A DNA stretch of 64,000 nt from an uncultured cyanobacterium (GCA_963793425.1 CAWCAG010000005.1:1760001-1824000), one strand, 5' to 3'; shown: positions 8,251-18,282, numbered from the stretch's first letter. Notes: generated by a model not told the origin, from the letters alone. A program made the numbers and translations.

Positions 8251-8850
8251 ATGATTGCCCTCAAAGATAATCAATCCCTACCCCCAGAAAAATACCTCCA
8301 ACTCGAAGCGGAAAGCAAAGTCAAACACGAATACATTGATGGTGAAGTTTATGCCATGGCAGGAACTACCGATACCCATAATACCATTGCTGGAAACTTC
8401 TTTATCCTCATTAGTAACCACCTAAGAGGAACAAACTGTCGCGTTTACTTCGCCGATATTAAAGTTCGTCTCGAACAAGTAAACTGCTTTTACTATCCTG
8501 ATCTCCTTGTTACCTGCAAACCCCAAGACAGAGAAACGTCAATCTATAAACGCTTTCCTAAACTAATTGTTGAGGTGCTTTCTGATAGTACAGAATCTTT
8601 TGACAGAGGTGATAAGTTTAACCACTACCAAACCTTAGAAAGCTTAGAAGAATATGTTTTAGTTAATACTAAACAACAAAGAGTAGAAAGTTTTCAACGT
8701 CAAAAACAAAACTCCTGGCTATTTCAAACCTATACACCTACTCAAACATCTTTGACTCTACAAAGTCTGAACTTGACTATATCTTTGAGCGAACTATACG
8801 AAAGTGTGAACCTCGAAACAACCTCCAATCAATCACTCATTACTGAGTAA
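8251..8850 (+). CDS. Uma2-family (PD-(D/E)XK-like) endonuclease
   Basis: HEYIDGEVYAMAG, YPDLLV, LIVEVLSDST..DRGDK motifs; AAGGAG RBS. Confidence 0.92.
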   Translation: MIALKDNQSLPPEKYLQLEAESKVKHEYIDGEVYAMAGTTDTHNTIAGNFFILISNHLRGTNCRVYFADIKVRLEQVNCFYYPDLLVTCKPQDRETSIYKRFPKLIVEVLSDSTESFDRGDKFNHYQTLESLEEYVLVNTKQQRVESFQRQKQNSWLFQTYTPTQTSLTLQSLNLTISLSELYESVNLETTSNQSLITE

Positions 8851-8983
8851 TTTATAGAACAAGATATAGCCTTACTCAAAAAGGTTAAGATATTTTAGAA
8901 TACCCTGAATGTAGAAGCAGTATACTGTTGCAAGAGTACTATAGTTTAGCGATCCGCTTTTGTAAACTAATTAGAAATCAATA

Positions 8984-9169
8984 GCTAATGTTATACAAGC
9001 TAATTTCAAGAAAGCTAGTTTGAAAAGAGCTAATTTGATTGGTGCAAACATTTACGCAGCCAACTTTGAAGGAGCCAATTTAACTGGCGCAAGGATGCCT
9101 GACGGAGAAATTTATAGTGCTTCGCTCAACCTAAATAATCAGATTAACAACACTCTTGAACAGAAATAG
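8984..9169 (+). pseudogene. Pentapeptide-repeat gene remnant
   Basis: Reads ANVIQ ANFKK ASLKR ANLIG ANIYA ANFEG ANLTG ARMPDG; in-frame TAG at 8972 and no upstream start. Confidence 0.7.
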
Positions 9170-9190
9170 CTGGAAGTTTGGAAAAGCCAA

Positions 9191-10309
9191 TCAATCACTC
9201 ATTATTGATAAAACATATTCTCCTTGATTAACAGCTTGGTTAGTAGCTAAATCAAAAACTAAGCCGTTATTCTCGGCGTGAACGCTAATTTTGTGGGGAA
9301 GTTCATTAGATGCAGGAAAGGATAAAACTTGGTAGAGCAAATCTCCTTTTTGAACTTTAGTACCTAATTCCACCCTGTTTTGGATCATGCCACCAACTGA
9401 AGCATAATACTTTTTGATAGCACTTTTTTGAACTAATTTAATAGCGGTTTGTTCTACTTCATTTAAAGATAAAACTTTTTTGTAAGTAAGATAATTGATG
9501 ATACCGCGAACTCCTTTGGTAACAGAATCAGGTTCAATTACTAAACCAGAACCTAGTTCTAAAGTCCAAGACTCTACATCGAAAGCAACAGTTTGACCAA
9601 CTTGAGCAAATTGTTTTTCTACCGCTAACCAAGGCTTGAGGAAAGCTTCATCGAAAGCATCGCCATCATATTCGTTCATTAAGATGCCAAGTTCTAAAAG
9701 AAAGTATTTAGCACTTTCTTCTCTACCGTGGAAACAATATAAGTAATCAATAGCTTGGTTACTGGAACTATGAATATCGATTACGTAATTAGCATCTAAA
9801 CATAAAGACTGTAAATGATAGCGATAACGTTCACTATAAGGAACACTACTAGGAGCTTTTATTCTCTCTAGTTGCTGCTGAAATGCTGTTAATATTTTCT
9901 CCAGAAAGTTCTTTTGAACCAACTCGGTTTCTAAGGTTAGTTGACTAGCAACAAAGTTACCTAAATCATTACATTCTTTTTCATAATCCCAAAATATGCG
10001 GTTCCAATCTTGACCATTATAAGGGTTAAATCTACCTGTAGAAAAGAAGTGAGTCCGTTCGTTAGTAGCCAGGGGATTGCAAAGAGGAACTAACCAAATT
10101 TCGCCTACAAGTTGCTTTTTATCTAAATCAAAAAGAAAATTTATCAGTTCGTAAATAACTTGATTACCAACAATTTCACAACCATGAAGATTGGCTTGAA
10201 TATAGGATTTCTTACCCGGTTGAGAGCCAATAAATTTATAAACTTGGATAGATAGATTGTCCCCCGAAGCAAGTTGAATGACATCAATGGTAGTAATTTG
10301 TGGTTCCAT
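9191..10309 (-). CDS. Succinylglutamate desuccinylase/aspartoacylase (M14-type) family protein
   Basis: LHGCE, DWNR, IDIH and LELG motifs; C-terminal lipoyl-like barrel. Confidence 0.88.
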   Translation of the reverse strand: MEPQITTIDVIQLASGDNLSIQVYKFIGSQPGKKSYIQANLHGCEIVGNQVIYELINFLFDLDKKQLVGEIWLVPLCNPLATNERTHFFSTGRFNPYNGQDWNRIFWDYEKECNDLGNFVASQLTLETELVQKNFLEKILTAFQQQLERIKAPSSVPYSERYRYHLQSLCLDANYVIDIHSSSNQAIDYLYCFHGREESAKYFLLELGILMNEYDGDAFDEAFLKPWLAVEKQFAQVGQTVAFDVESWTLELGSGLVIEPDSVTKGVRGIINYLTYKKVLSLNEVEQTAIKLVQKSAIKKYYASVGGMIQNRVELGTKVQKGDLLYQVLSFPASNELPHKISVHAENNGLVFDLATNQAVNQGEYVLSIMSD

Positions 10310-10336
10310 TATCAATTATCAATTATCAGTTATCAA

Positions 10337-10876
10337 CTAGCAATTAGCCATTAGCGATTGTAACTTGTACATATGATCAAACAATTGCCAACAATATTGT
10401 TCGGATAAACCACAAGTTACGGCTCCTCGCAAAACTACGTTAGAATACCAATCATTAGGAGCAATTTCTGCTGTTAGCTTATCAACAACGACATAGGTTC
10501 GTACATTCTGGTAAACAGCTTGTTTAGTTTCCACTGTCACCATTTCTTGACGATAGCCATTATTAGGAACTTCTTCCCGCTTATCAAGGAGGTTGCTTAA
10601 ACGCCAAGGCAAACGATATAATACACCTTGCACTGAAGAGTTAGGATCGCTAACTACGTCCAAGACACCACAATTACGACGAAGGGAACGGCGATAAAAT
10701 CCTAAACGATAGCCTTTCAGGGTGGCAGTGCCAATAATATAGTGATGAGTATTTTCTTGCAGCGATCGCTTCAAATCTACTGGACACATACAAGAGCCGT
10801 AGGCAAAGTAGTTAAAATAATTAGGGTCGGGTTTTGCTGAAGATTGCAGACAAAAGTCTAAAGTAGATTCGCTCAT
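10337..10876 (-). CDS. Gamma-glutamylcyclotransferase (AIG2-like) family protein
   Basis: YFAYGS, VQGVLY and LDKRE motifs. Confidence 0.88.
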   Translation of the reverse strand: MSESTLDFCLQSSAKPDPNYFNYFAYGSCMCPVDLKRSLQENTHHYIIGTATLKGYRLGFYRRSLRRNCGVLDVVSDPNSSVQGVLYRLPWRLSNLLDKREEVPNNGYRQEMVTVETKQAVYQNVRTYVVVDKLTAEIAPNDWYSNVVLRGAVTCGLSEQYCWQLFDHMYKLQSLMANC

Positions 10877-11046
10877 ACTGAACGTTTTTGCTCTCCTTCA
10901 AGGGTTTGTTACTAATAACTAAGCTAGAATACCAACTCTTTTCCTGTTGAGTAAAAGAAGACCTTTATCGTTACAAATTCTTTACAACAAGAGGAAATTT
11001 ACGATCTTGACCCAGAAGATTGCTTTAAGCTGAAATAATTAATATC

Positions 11047-11160
11047 TATAGCAATTCTCTTAGTTGTGAGGTACTAAATTCTTGGTTTGAGGGAGCAGGG
11101 AGCAGGGAGCAGGGAGCATGAGGAAAAGCTATGTACCTCATGTGGCTTAGAATTGCTATA
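11047..11160. mobile_element. MITE-like element with TATAGCAATTCT terminal inverted repeats
   Basis: Perfect 12-bp TIR, inner GAGGTAC/GTACCTC pair, internal GGGAGCA heptamers; second copy at 18283. Confidence 0.75.
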
Positions 11161-11185
11161 TAAGCCTTAGTAAACTTCTTTGAAA

Positions 11186-12382
11186 ATGACAGTAGCACCT
11201 CCCCATCTTAAATCTAAAGCTCTTAAACCTGGTAGCCGCAAACCTGCTAAAGAATTATGTAGCGAGTGCGGTTTGTGCGATACCTATTACGTGCATTACG
11301 TCAAAGAAGCTTGTGCGTTTCTTAATCAACAAATTTCCGAGTTAGAAACCCAAGCACACGGACGCAGCCGCGACTTGGATGATGAAAATGAGTTATACTT
11401 TGGTGTGCAAGAGCAGATGATGGCAGCACGGAAGAAAGAACCTATTCCTGGGGCGCAATGGACGGGAATTGTCAGTACCATTGCTTGTGAGATGCTTAAT
11501 CAAGGCATTGTGGAAGGGGTTGTTTGTGTCCAGAATAGCGAAGAAGATCGCTTTCAACCTCTGCCTGTGGTAGCCACAACCCCAGAGGAAGTACTTGCAG
11601 CGAAGGTTAATAAACCAACCCTTTCCCCTAACCTTTCTGTTTTGGAACAGGTAGAAAAATCTGGTTTCAAACGTTTATTGGTGATTGGTGTCGGTTGTCA
11701 AATCCAAGCTTTGCGGGCGGTGCAAAAGGATTTAGGTTTAGAAAAACTCTATGTTTTGGGAACACCCTGTGTAGATAATGTTACCAGGACTGGGTTGCAG
11801 AAGTTCCTCGAAACCACTAGTAAATCTCCAGATACTGTGGTGCATTATGAGTTTATGCAAGACTTTCGCGTCCATTTTAAACACGAAGATGGTTCCACAG
11901 AAAAAGTACCTTTCTTTGGCTTAAAAACCAACCAACTTAAGGATGTCTTTGCACCTTCTTGTTTGAGTTGCTTTGACTACACCAACAGTTTGGCAGACTT
12001 GGTTGTAGGTTATATGGGAGCGCCTTTTGGTTGGCAGTGGTTGACGGTGCGTAACTCATTAGGGCAAGAAATGCTTGATTTGGTGATGGATCAGTTGCAT
12101 ACTCAAGCTGTGATGTCTCAAGGCGATCGCCACAATGCTGTGCAACAAAGCATACCTGCTTACGACAAAGGGGTTACTTTACCAATGTGGGCAGCTAAAT
12201 TGATGGGAGTGGTGATTGAAAAAATTGGCCCTAAAGGTTTAGAATACGGGCGTTTTTCCATTGATTCTCATTTTACTCGCAATTATTTGTATGTGAAACG
12301 CAACTATCCGGAAAAATTAGCTAATCATGTACCGGAGTTTGCTAAACGTATTGTGGGGCAGTATGAGTTACCCGATGAATAA
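11186..12382 (+). CDS. bciB: Ferredoxin-dependent 8-vinyl (divinyl chlorophyllide) reductase, FrhB-like
   Basis: PAKELCSECGLCD, GAQWTGIV, GVGCQ and SCLSCFDY motifs typical of cyanobacterial BciB/CvrA. Confidence 0.88.
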   Translation: MTVAPPHLKSKALKPGSRKPAKELCSECGLCDTYYVHYVKEACAFLNQQISELETQAHGRSRDLDDENELYFGVQEQMMAARKKEPIPGAQWTGIVSTIACEMLNQGIVEGVVCVQNSEEDRFQPLPVVATTPEEVLAAKVNKPTLSPNLSVLEQVEKSGFKRLLVIGVGCQIQALRAVQKDLGLEKLYVLGTPCVDNVTRTGLQKFLETTSKSPDTVVHYEFMQDFRVHFKHEDGSTEKVPFFGLKTNQLKDVFAPSCLSCFDYTNSLADLVVGYMGAPFGWQWLTVRNSLGQEMLDLVMDQLHTQAVMSQGDRHNAVQQSIPAYDKGVTLPMWAAKLMGVVIEKIGPKGLEYGRFSIDSHFTRNYLYVKRNYPEKLANHVPEFAKRIVGQYELPDE

Positions 12383-13184
12383 AACTAGTAACCTCAAAGT
12401 TGTTACCATTAATATCCTTTTTGAAATGAAAGAATGGCAACAGCGTCGGGAACTTTTGGTAAAAGGTTTAGCCGCAGAAAATGCTGATTTGATTGCTTTG
12501 CAAGAGGTTAAACTGCCGGAGGATAATAGTGTTTGGTTGGCTGAAAAACTTAGTTTACCTTATATCCATTTAGTTCCCTATGAACAATCAGAAATTAAAC
12601 ATATTCCTCTCTACGGGGCAGCTATTCTCAGTCGCTATCCTTTCAGTAAAAAAGCTATTCTTGATTTAGCATCTCAAGGTAGAAAAGCTCAATATGTACA
12701 AATAGAATGGCAAGGAAAACCTTTAATATTTTGCAATGGGCATTATTATTGGCATCCTGGCCCTTCCCCCGGTAGAGTTAAACAAATAGAGTTACTCCTT
12801 GATTGGTTAGGGAGCTTACCTCAAGAAACTCCGCTCATCGCTGTGGGAGACTTCAACGGTACTCCTGATACTCCGGCGATCGCACTTATGAGAGAACAGT
12901 TTACTTCTGCCTACGCAGCTTATCATGGCCAAGAGCCAGAATACACTTGCCCTACCCCTTTGGCTTGGCATGGTTGGCAACGCAAATGGCGTTCATTTAA
13001 GCTCAATCTGCTCAAAAATCGCACTCTTAAACCTTGGCGCGGGACACTGGATTATATTTTTATTAACCAGCATCTCAAAGTAAAAGATTGCCACCTCATC
13101 CTCAATCAATCTTCACCCTACAGTCGAACTCTTTATCCTTCTGATCACTTTGGTATGGCAGCTTTGCTAACAGCAAAATGTTAA
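12375..13184 (+). CDS. Endonuclease/exonuclease/phosphatase family protein
   Basis: LQEV, GDFN, LDYIF and SDH motifs; ATG at 12375 overlaps the bciB 3' end. Confidence 0.9.
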   Translation: MNKTSNLKVVTINILFEMKEWQQRRELLVKGLAAENADLIALQEVKLPEDNSVWLAEKLSLPYIHLVPYEQSEIKHIPLYGAAILSRYPFSKKAILDLASQGRKAQYVQIEWQGKPLIFCNGHYYWHPGPSPGRVKQIELLLDWLGSLPQETPLIAVGDFNGTPDTPAIALMREQFTSAYAAYHGQEPEYTCPTPLAWHGWQRKWRSFKLNLLKNRTLKPWRGTLDYIFINQHLKVKDCHLILNQSSPYSRTLYPSDHFGMAALLTAKC

Positions 13185-13237
13185 ACTAATTCCCAATGGT
13201 CAATGATGCCTAACGGCAACGGCAAGCCGTACAATGA

Positions 13238-14962
13238 TCAATGATCAGGAGGTATAGGAATTTCGATAATAAACTCGGAACCTTTGCCAGGAGTTGAAAT
13301 ACACCATAGTTGTCCCCCGTGTTTTTCAACAATAATTTGATGAGAAATTGATAACCCTAAACCTGTACCTTTGCCCACAGATTTAGTGGTAAAGAAAGGA
13401 TCAAAAAGGCGAGAATGAACTTTTTCTGTCATACCTGGACCATTGTCAGCAATTCTGATTACCACTCGGTCATTTTCTTTCAATTCTGTACGGATTACAA
13501 CTTGAGGTAGAAAACAGAATGCAGCGTTTTGTTGTTGGTGATGGAAATCTTTTAAAGCATCAACGGCATTAGCGATGATGTTCATAAATACTTGGTTTAT
13601 TTGCCCAGGATGACATTTAATCCGGGGCAAATCCGTATAGTCTTTAATGATTTGAATGCCAGGAAAACTCGATTTTGCTTTGAGTTTGTTACCAAGAATC
13701 ATCAAGGTGTTATTAATGCCTTCGTGTAAGTCTGCATACTTTTTTCCCTTCTCATCTAAACGGGAGAAATTCTTAAGCGATCGCACAATTTCACAAATTC
13801 TTTCTGTACCTACTTGCATCGAAGCAAGCAATTTTGGTAAGTCTTCTTGGAGAAATTCTAAATCAATATTTTCTGCTTCCTCTTCTATTTCCGGAATTGG
13901 TTCGGTTACTTTTTCTTGATACATTTGCACCAATCTAAGGAGGTCTCCTGTGTATTCCCTCGCATGGCTTAAGTTGCCGTGAATAAAGCTAATGGGGTTA
14001 TTAATTTCATGGGCAACTCCAGCAACCATTTGTCCTAAACCAGACATCTTTTCTGTTTGAATTAGTTGCGATTGAGTATTTTGTAGTTTATCTAGAGTTT
14101 TTTGGAGGTTTAAAGCTTGGGATTCTGCTTTAGCCGCGAACTTTTGTGATTCTCTACTCCGACGGGAAAGCTGAATAAAATGGTTGAGGGAAGTGCGGGA
14201 GGCAACCATGCCAGCAATAACGGCTGAGAGCAAAATACTGATGATAATAATTTGTTTTTCTACTACTTGAGATGCCTGCCTATTTAATTCTTCTTGTTTA
14301 ACTTTTTCTTTGGCCTTTTCGAGTACGATTGCTAATTCTTGGTTAAGTTTGTCAAGATTTGCAAGTCTTTTTTCGACTTTATCGAGGTCTTCTGGTTTTT
14401 GAAGAGCAGAGTTTATTTCTTGAGAGTATAAATTTATTTGAGTGGTATAGTTACGCAGCAAATCCTGTAATCTGTCTGCCCTTTCTACTAAAACTAAAGG
14501 TCTACTAAGAGCAAACTTTTCTATCTTACTACGAGCATTATTAACTTGTCTGACATTTCCGGCTAGATAAATCTTTTTGTTGTTAAATTTCTCGGGATTA
14601 TCTACCAAAGAAATTAAGCGATAGCTATTAAACTGAGCTTCTTCAACACTAGATTTAAAATCTTCTAATAGTTCGCTTTGTTCCCTAGCATTAGCTAAGC
14701 TTTTTACTCCCTGATCTTGCTGATAATCAGCAATAAGTAAACCAATTAAAGGACCGAAAAAACCAATTCCTATAGACCAAAAATAACCATAACTAGACTT
14801 TTCAGGAAGCCTCCAAGTCCGACTTTTAAGCTGCCACCCCAGCTCCGATTCAGCTCTTTCTCCCTCTGAAGATATAGGGATGTTTGGGGTAGAACTTTGA
14901 GTTGAGGAAACTGTATCTTTCACTACTGTTTTTGGTGCAGTTATAGGCCTATGAAGTGCCAT
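13238..14962 (-). CDS. Membrane sensor histidine kinase
   Basis: Two TM segments; AHEINNP H-box; N, DNGPG, FDPFFTTK and GTGLGL boxes. Confidence 0.93.
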   Translation of the reverse strand: MALHRPITAPKTVVKDTVSSTQSSTPNIPISSEGERAESELGWQLKSRTWRLPEKSSYGYFWSIGIGFFGPLIGLLIADYQQDQGVKSLANAREQSELLEDFKSSVEEAQFNSYRLISLVDNPEKFNNKKIYLAGNVRQVNNARSKIEKFALSRPLVLVERADRLQDLLRNYTTQINLYSQEINSALQKPEDLDKVEKRLANLDKLNQELAIVLEKAKEKVKQEELNRQASQVVEKQIIIISILLSAVIAGMVASRTSLNHFIQLSRRSRESQKFAAKAESQALNLQKTLDKLQNTQSQLIQTEKMSGLGQMVAGVAHEINNPISFIHGNLSHAREYTGDLLRLVQMYQEKVTEPIPEIEEEAENIDLEFLQEDLPKLLASMQVGTERICEIVRSLKNFSRLDEKGKKYADLHEGINNTLMILGNKLKAKSSFPGIQIIKDYTDLPRIKCHPGQINQVFMNIIANAVDALKDFHHQQQNAAFCFLPQVVIRTELKENDRVVIRIADNGPGMTEKVHSRLFDPFFTTKSVGKGTGLGLSISHQIIVEKHGGQLWCISTPGKGSEFIIEIPIPPDH

Positions 14963-15088
14963 GAGTTTAAGCTCCTGATCTGAGGAAATGAAGAGATAGA
15001 AATTCTGGACTAATGTTAAGCTGCACCACCAAATTCTTAACAGTATAAATCCTATTTAAGAGGAATTCCCAAATTTTCTCAAAAATTC

Positions 15089-15577
15089 TCACAAAAACTC
15101 ATATTTCTGCTCTAAGCCATTGAGGGTAATTTGCTCGTAATACTCAAAAGGTTGACGAATCCAAGGATTATCAGATAAATAATTAACGCAATAATCGGGA
15201 ACAAAAATAGAGCAAGCTTTATGCCAAATAACGGCTGTCCGAATTTCTTCTATATCGTCAGAATAATGTTCCTTTAACCAATTAACGCCTTCAGCAAGAC
15301 TATAACCAGAGTCAACTAAATCATCTACCAACAGCACTTTGCTACCCACTGAAGGGGTGGTCATTGCTAAATGCTTAGAGAAAGCTAATTGACCACGAAC
15401 TTTGTTATTACAACCACCGTAGGAGGAAGCAAAGAGAATAGCTAAGGGTTTGTCATAAATACGAGAAAGAAGATCCCCAACCCGTAACCCTCCCCTGGCA
15501 AGACAAACAATTTGCTCAAAATGCCAGCGATCGCGGTGAATTTTAACAGCTAGGGTTTCAATTAAGTTATGGTACAT
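15089..15577 (-). CDS. Type I phosphoribosyltransferase
   Basis: ARGG and VLLVDDLVDSG PRPP-binding motifs; start uncertain (15577 ATG or 15589 TTG). Confidence 0.88.
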   Translation of the reverse strand: MYHNLIETLAVKIHRDRWHFEQIVCLARGGLRVGDLLSRIYDKPLAILFASSYGGCNNKVRGQLAFSKHLAMTTPSVGSKVLLVDDLVDSGYSLAEGVNWLKEHYSDDIEEIRTAVIWHKACSIFVPDYCVNYLSDNPWIRQPFEYYEQITLNGLEQKYEFL

Positions 15578-15600
15578 AGTTATTAACAATCAACAATATA

Positions 15601-17001
15601 ATGACTACGAAAAATAAACTAAGTTTTATTAATAAAGTTGCCTACGGGGTTGGGGATCTTGGGGCTGGGGTTACTTCAACTTTAATTGTCTTTTCTTTAC
15701 TAATTTTTCTTACTGATGTTGCTGGCTTAAGACCAGAATTAGCGGCAACGGTTCTTTTGATTGGTAAAGTTTGGGACGCTATAATGGACCCGATAGTCGG
15801 GATGTTAAGCGATCGCACTCGTCTGCGTTGGGGTCGTCGCCACTCTTGGATGCTATTTGCTGCTATACCTTTTGGTGTTTCTTTTTTCCTTTATTGGATT
15901 GTCCCTAATTTTAGTAGTGATCCTGATACTAATCAGTGGCTTTTGTTTAGTTACTACGTTGTGATTGGCCTCATCTTTAACACGGCTTTCACCTGTGTTA
16001 ATATCCCCTATTCTGCCCTCACTCCAGAGTTAACAGATGATTATGACGAACGGACAAGTTTGAATAGTTTTCGCTTTGTCTTTTCTATTAGTGGTAGTCT
16101 TTTTACTTTAGCCTTTGGAGAGTTGATTTTTCAAATTATTCCTGACCCTCAACCAAGGTTTCTACTTATAGCTTCTATCTGCGCTTGTTTGGCGATTATT
16201 CCTACTTATTTATGTGTTTGGGGAACTACTGATCCTTCCGTAGAACGTAATCAAAACAGACAAGAAACGCCTACCGAATCTATCTCTTTACCAGAACAAT
16301 TAAAAATCGTTTTTAGTAACCGTCCTTTTCTGTTTGTAATTGGTATTTATCTCTGTTCTTGGTTAGCTTTCCAATTAACCGCCGCAACTATTGCTTATTA
16401 TCTAATTTATTGGATGAGGCAAGATTCTTTCTTTATTGCTGCTTTGGTAGTACAAGCTGTTGCTTTAGTTATGTTGTTGGTTTGGACTGAGGTTAGTAAA
16501 AAAGTTGGTCGTCGGGCAGTTTATTTTATGGGTATGAGCCTTTGGATTGTGGCCCAAGGGGCGCTTTTCTTCTTACCTAGAGATCAAATTGCTTTGATGT
16601 ATTTCCTGTTTGTTTTAGCAGGATTTGGTATTGCTACTGTTTATTTAGTTCCTTGGTCAATGTTACCGGATGTAACTGACTTAGATGAATATCGTAGTGG
16701 CAAAAGAAGAGAAGGTATCTTTTATGCTTTTATGATTTTGTTACAAAAGATTGGTTTAGCTTTAGGTATTTGGCTTGTTGGGCAAGGTTTATCCTTTGCT
16801 GGCTATATTGAACCCCAGGGAGGAAAACAAGTATTAGAACAACCAGAATCTGCTTTATTGGTTATTCGCCTTTTTGTTGGCCCTTTGCCGACAATTTTCC
16901 TGATCGGTGGCTTGATTCTTGCCTACTTTTATCCTCTTAGTAAGGAAGTTCATGCTGATATTATGCTGCAATTGCAAGAGAGGAGAAATGCAGATGTTTA
17001 A
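15601..17001 (+). CDS. MFS transporter, glycoside-pentoside-hexuronide (MelB-like) family
   Basis: About 12 TM segments; WDAIMDPIVG.LSDRT...GRR, ELT.DYDERT and RREG motifs. Confidence 0.92.
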   Translation: MTTKNKLSFINKVAYGVGDLGAGVTSTLIVFSLLIFLTDVAGLRPELAATVLLIGKVWDAIMDPIVGMLSDRTRLRWGRRHSWMLFAAIPFGVSFFLYWIVPNFSSDPDTNQWLLFSYYVVIGLIFNTAFTCVNIPYSALTPELTDDYDERTSLNSFRFVFSISGSLFTLAFGELIFQIIPDPQPRFLLIASICACLAIIPTYLCVWGTTDPSVERNQNRQETPTESISLPEQLKIVFSNRPFLFVIGIYLCSWLAFQLTAATIAYYLIYWMRQDSFFIAALVVQAVALVMLLVWTEVSKKVGRRAVYFMGMSLWIVAQGALFFLPRDQIALMYFLFVLAGFGIATVYLVPWSMLPDVTDLDEYRSGKRREGIFYAFMILLQKIGLALGIWLVGQGLSFAGYIEPQGGKQVLEQPESALLVIRLFVGPLPTIFLIGGLILAYFYPLSKEVHADIMLQLQERRNADV

Positions 17002-17016
17002 GTAGACACAGAGCAA

Positions 17017-17658
17017 TTATCTCACCAAAGTGACATTCAATTTATAGCCTGCAAAATCTCCACCAAAATTATCTAAAGTTACGGGACTTAATTCAGGGCC
17101 AATCCAATAATAGCTGCTTACTTCTCCCTCAGTAATTGTTTCTCTATATTCCCCATATTTCTTAGCTACTTCCTTAGCCATTTCTGCAAAAGAAAGTTCG
17201 TTTTTTAAACTAGGGTCAAAAACTAGTTGAATTGACCGAAGATTTTGAGGTTCCCCAGCATTGTTTTTGGAAAAATAAAGCTCATATTTTTGTAATCCTG
17301 GCACGTCCTCAACCCTGATTTCACTAAATCCAAATTGAGAAACTTCCTCTGCTCCTGGTAAAACTTTACTCACTTCTTCTGGGTTCATACCTCTTTTTAA
17401 ATCCTTGTCGGCAATTACTTTAGGAAGCCAGCTCTCTTGTGTCGTTCCTATAATTGCGGCAATTTGCTCTTCAGTACTTGCAGCATTGGCTGTAGAACTT
17501 GTTTCTGTTGTTTCGTCAGGAGAAGCTTCAGTAACCACAGAAGTATTTTCTTCTTGTTCTACTGATTCATTCCTGCTTAGGGTTTCGGACTTGGTACAAC
17601 TGTTAAGTATTAGAAATGAAGCTATTAACAGAAAAGCAAAATATTTTTTGTAGTTCAT
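17017..17658 (-). CDS. Hypothetical lipoprotein
   Basis: Signal peptide with lipobox-like LNSC; S/T/E-rich linker. Confidence 0.75.
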   Translation of the reverse strand: MNYKKYFAFLLIASFLILNSCTKSETLSRNESVEQEENTSVVTEASPDETTETSSTANAASTEEQIAAIIGTTQESWLPKVIADKDLKRGMNPEEVSKVLPGAEEVSQFGFSEIRVEDVPGLQKYELYFSKNNAGEPQNLRSIQLVFDPSLKNELSFAEMAKEVAKKYGEYRETITEGEVSSYYWIGPELSPVTLDNFGGDFAGYKLNVTLVR

Positions 17659-17751
17659 TGTCAAGGTTCACTCTCTATTAGTTAAGTCCTGTGTATCGAC
17701 ACTCTACAAAGTAGTTAGAGCAAATTCCTGAAAGTTGTTTGACAAACTTGA

Positions 17752-17822
17752 TTTTTCCTTTCTTGACATGGTATTATGTACATGGTGGAAAAGGTGCGCC
17801 CTGAAAAGTAGTTTTTAAAAAC
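17752..17822 (+). repeat. Dispersed ~65-bp repeat, copy 1
   Basis: cttgacatggtattatgtacatggtggaaaaggtgcgccc...gtttttaaaaac; matches 21922-21987 and 57428-57496 in reverse. Confidence 0.85.
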
Positions 17823-17855
17823 TTCATTTAGTAAGTTTCTCAAAAAAGCATTGAA

Positions 17856-18278
17856 TCATTCTTGATGCCATTGATAAACCTGTTTGAGTTGAGAGAAACT
17901 TGCTTTTCCTGCTGGGGTAGCTGTAATAGGGAAATAACCAATTTCCCTGACTTTTTGAGGATGTTGGACAACTTTTGCCCCCAAAACCCTAGCTAATAAT
18001 TGTGCTCCCAAACAGATACCTAAAAAGGGTTTTCCTGATGCGATCGCAGTCGGAATCCAGTTTGATTCTGTCTGAATATGGGGCAAGGTTTGGTCATCGT
18101 TAGCACTCATCGGACTACCAAAAATGATCACAGCTTCGTGATAATCTAAACTGACAGGAAGTTCCTGCCCCACACTAGGAATGCGAACATCAAGTTCATA
18201 TCCTGCCTGTTGCAATAACTTTCCTACTAATCCTGGATTAGATATTGTTTGGTGAACAATAACCAAAATTTGCTGCAT
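17856..18278 (-). pseudogene. Type 1 glutamine amidotransferase, C-terminally truncated
   Basis: GICLGAQ nucleophile elbow present; stops at QWHQE before the catalytic HPE segment; no continuation seen. Confidence 0.7.
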
Positions 18279-18282
18279 TACT

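Noticed and set aside
17793..17801. GTGCGCCC in the dispersed repeat as a group II intron 5' end
   Set aside because: No following intron structure, domain V or intron-encoded RT in any of the three copies
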